Positions 61,391 to 64,000 of a stretch of 64,000 bases of DNA are shown here, piece after piece. The translations under genes were made by a program, and so were the position numbers. The notes beneath the pieces were generated by a model. That model did not search any database. It was not told where the DNA came from and saw nothing but the letters and a program-made list of their open reading frames with translations. Source of the DNA: Pseudovirgaria hyperparasitica (taxonomy: Eukaryota). The stretch lies in NCBI GenBank assembly GCA_010093815.1, contig ML996570.1. The stretch is one strand, 5' to 3'. Each line of letters opens with the position of its first letter. Position 1 is the stretch's first letter.

Positions 61391-62747
61391 ATGTTCTCAC
61401 GAAGCTTCGTTGGAGGCCAGCAGGTTAGTGCGACCTCAATTCCACCTCCATCATGACTATCAAGCCCCGCCGTAGCTAACCCACTTGCGTGGTTTAGGCC
61501 GTTAAAGCTTTGCGAGGATCAGCTGTCGCTCCACGATGTCTCGCTGGACCTTCCACAGCTACGAGATGTGAGTCGTTGCATTGGCAGACATTGCAGAATC
61601 TTACCGAACGCGAATTGACTGGATAATCAGCGCTGGCGACACTCTCATCAGACATCTTCAAGCCGACCAAGTTCGGCGGAAAGTACACCGTCACCCTCAT
61701 TCCCGGTATGCCTCCAAGCTCGCGGCCAATCTATAGAAACTAAGAAGTGTGTCAGGCGATGGTATCGGTGCCGAAGTGTCTGAATCGGTCAAGGAGATCT
61801 TCAAGGCCGACAATGTACCAATAGAGTGGGAACAGGTGGACGTCTCTGGTATGGAGACTGGTAACAAACACTCTGAAGAGCTCTTCAGGGAATCAATTGC
61901 TTCATTGAAGCGTAACAAGCTTGGCCTGAAGGGTATTCTCCACACACCAGTCGAACGATCCGGTCACCAGTCCTTCAATGTCGCGCTCCGCCAAGAGCTT
62001 GACATCTATGCCTCAATCGTCCTTATCAAGAACATTCCTGGTTACGAGACCCGCCACAAAGATGTCGATCTTTGCATTATTCGTGAGAATACTGAGGGTG
62101 AGTACTCGGGCTTGGAGCACCAGTCGGTCAACGGTGTTGTCGAGTCTCTCAAGATCATCACCCGGGCCAAGTCGGAGCGCATCGCCAAATTCGCCTTCGC
62201 TTTCTCGCTCGCCAACAACCGCAAGAAGGTCACTTGTATCCACAAGGCAAACATCATGAAGCTTGCCGACGGTCTGTTCAGAAACACTTTCAAGAAGGTT
62301 GCTGAGGATTACCCGACACTGGAAACCAACGACATGATTGTCGACAACGCTTCCATGCAGTGTGTGTCCAGGCCACAACAGTTCGATGTCATGGTCATGC
62401 CCAACCTTTACGGAGGTATTCTCTCGAACATTGGTGCTGGTCTGGTTGGTGGTGCAGGTGTTGTCCCCGGCTGCAACATGGGTCGCGATGTCGCCGTGTT
62501 CGAGCCTGGATGCCGCCACGTCGGTCTAGATATCAAGGGCAAGGACCAGGCCAACCCTACAGCTCTTATCCTCTCCGGCTCCATGCTACTGCGCCACATC
62601 GGGCTCGATGACCATGCCAACCGCATCTCCAAGGCTGTGTACGACGTGATTGGCGAGGGCAAGCACAGGACGCGTGACATGGGCGGCGAGGCCACCACCC
62701 ACCAATTTACTCGAGCTGTCCTTGACAAGATGGAGGCGTCCGCATAG
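61391..62747 (+). CDS. IDH1: Mitochondrial NAD-isocitrate dehydrogenase subunit 1; 4 exons
   Basis: Presequence MFSRSF..., KFGGKYTVTLIP|GDGIGAEV, SFNVALRQELDIYAS, IRENTEGEYSGLEH, IHKANIMKLADGLF, MIVDNASMQ, MPNLYGGILSN and FEPGCRHVGLDI. Confidence 0.96.
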
Positions 62748-62954
62748 ATTTATCAGCATTTTCAGATTAGATGGTCCCCTTTGTTTTAGGTTCACGACGG
62801 AAGGAAGCGATGATCGATGTGACTGATGTATTTCTAGGCCGTACATAGCGCCGTACATAGCGTGATGCATTTAGACCTTTGGATCTTTCCCAAACTCCAG
62901 ACGCCATGCTCATAATGCAATGTGACCTGATCCCATGATGCTGGAAAGCCCACC

Positions 62955-63908
62955 TCAGAAAGCAATATTCCTTTTCCGGCCGGTGTATTTCGAGTTCGGC
63001 TTCACTACCTTGCCCTTGGCCTCCATCTGCTCCTTTTTCCTCATGATCCACCCCTTGCTCCCCTTCTTCTCCACGACTCCCCGTTTCGAACGGTCTCTCC
63101 CTTGTGCTCTCCGCCGCGAATCATCCACATCCACACCTTCCATCCCACTAACCACACCCGTAATATCCCCACCATTCAAATCCCCGCCCCCAACCGTCAA
63201 CACCAGATACGTCTTCGCACCCTTCGTCCCCTCATCATCAATCAGCAGCCCAGCCCCAAACCCAGCCCTAATAGCCGCCTGACTAACCATACCCCTCTGC
63301 ACCTCATTCTTCGGATAAAACTGACACACCGCCCTGCCCCCACGCCGCAAACTCGCATACAACCCATCGAAAAACCGCTTCAACCGACCCCCCGCACTCT
63401 CCTCACTACTCTCCACATTACACAGCCACTGCAGCGCACTAATACTGATCGCGGCATCGAACGTGCCCGGCCGGAACGGCACGCCCTGCCCGGCGTCCGC
63501 GAGGAAGAGGTCGCCCTCGACGTCGCGCTCCAGCGCGACTGCTAGCATCGACGCCGAGATGTCGAGCCCGATCCAGGTGTGCGGCGGGGCTTCGGCGGAG
63601 AGGATGCTGCCGGATAGGCCGGAGCCGCAGCCGATGTCGAGGATGAGGGAGGGGTGGCGCAGGTCGAGGAGGTCGAGGGCGCGGTGCGTCATGCTGGCTT
63701 GGATGTGCTGGATGCGCGAGGAGGTGGTGTATTTGGCGGATTCGGTGTCGTTGTAGAAGAGGTCTGGGGGTCTGTTTGGGGGGGTTGGTTAGGAGGGTGT
63801 TTTGGAGGGAGTGTGATGGGAAGGTGTAGAGAAATGGTTGTGTGGGCTTCGGGGGTGTGCGGGGATTTGTGTGTGTGGAACTTACAGTATGTCCTCGGGG
63901 CGCGACAT
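62955..63908 (-). CDS. BUD23: 18S rRNA m7G methyltransferase Bud23; intron 63772-63885
   Basis: MSRPEDIL|PPDLFYNDTESAKYTTSSRIQHIQASMT, the SAM motif LDIGCGSGLSG, FRPGTFDAAISISALQWLC, CQFYP and the C-terminal SKYTGRKR. Confidence 0.96.
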
Positions 63909-64000
63909 GGTGGAAGTGTTGGGAGGTGTTGACTGCTAGGTGTGGGTATATGCGATTGAGTGTATTCTGGTTGTCGTGTCGTGTAGAGAGCGCGCAAGGT

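Noticed and set aside
1..64000. tRNA, 5S/rRNA, snRNA, CRISPR, intact transposon or PKS/NRPS cluster
   Set aside because: No diagnostic sequence was recognised by eye; small RNAs could be missed without tRNAscan or Infernal.

Overview
Gene-dense, intron-containing euchromatin from a filamentous ascomycete (Pezizomycotina). The short GT-AG introns with CTRAC branch points and the velvet gene support this; the species cannot be determined from the window. I reconstructed about 24 protein-coding loci, mostly conserved housekeeping genes: ATG1, a UBX5/7-type Cdc48 adaptor, ECM29, condensin BRN1/cnd2, STT4, PXR1, a likely RRN10, CSA/ERCC8, velB, HEL2, MND1, MAK11, EAF1, ADE8, ERD1, IDH1 and BUD23. 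Accessory genes are an AsnB-type amidotransferase with an in-frame stop, a small secreted protein, a GH79 hydrolase, a HAD/SDR head-to-head pair, a cytochrome P450 and a small 4-exon gene of unknown function. No tRNA, rRNA, intact transposon or CRISPR was seen. The most striking unexplained signal is a repeated, orientation-independent switch from C/A-rich to G/T-rich sequence in the middle of many short genes, running through introns and flanks. There is also a TpA-rich, RIP-like island at about 4.2-4.9 kb. All identifications are by-eye motif recognition and manual splicing; no database searches or computations were run.
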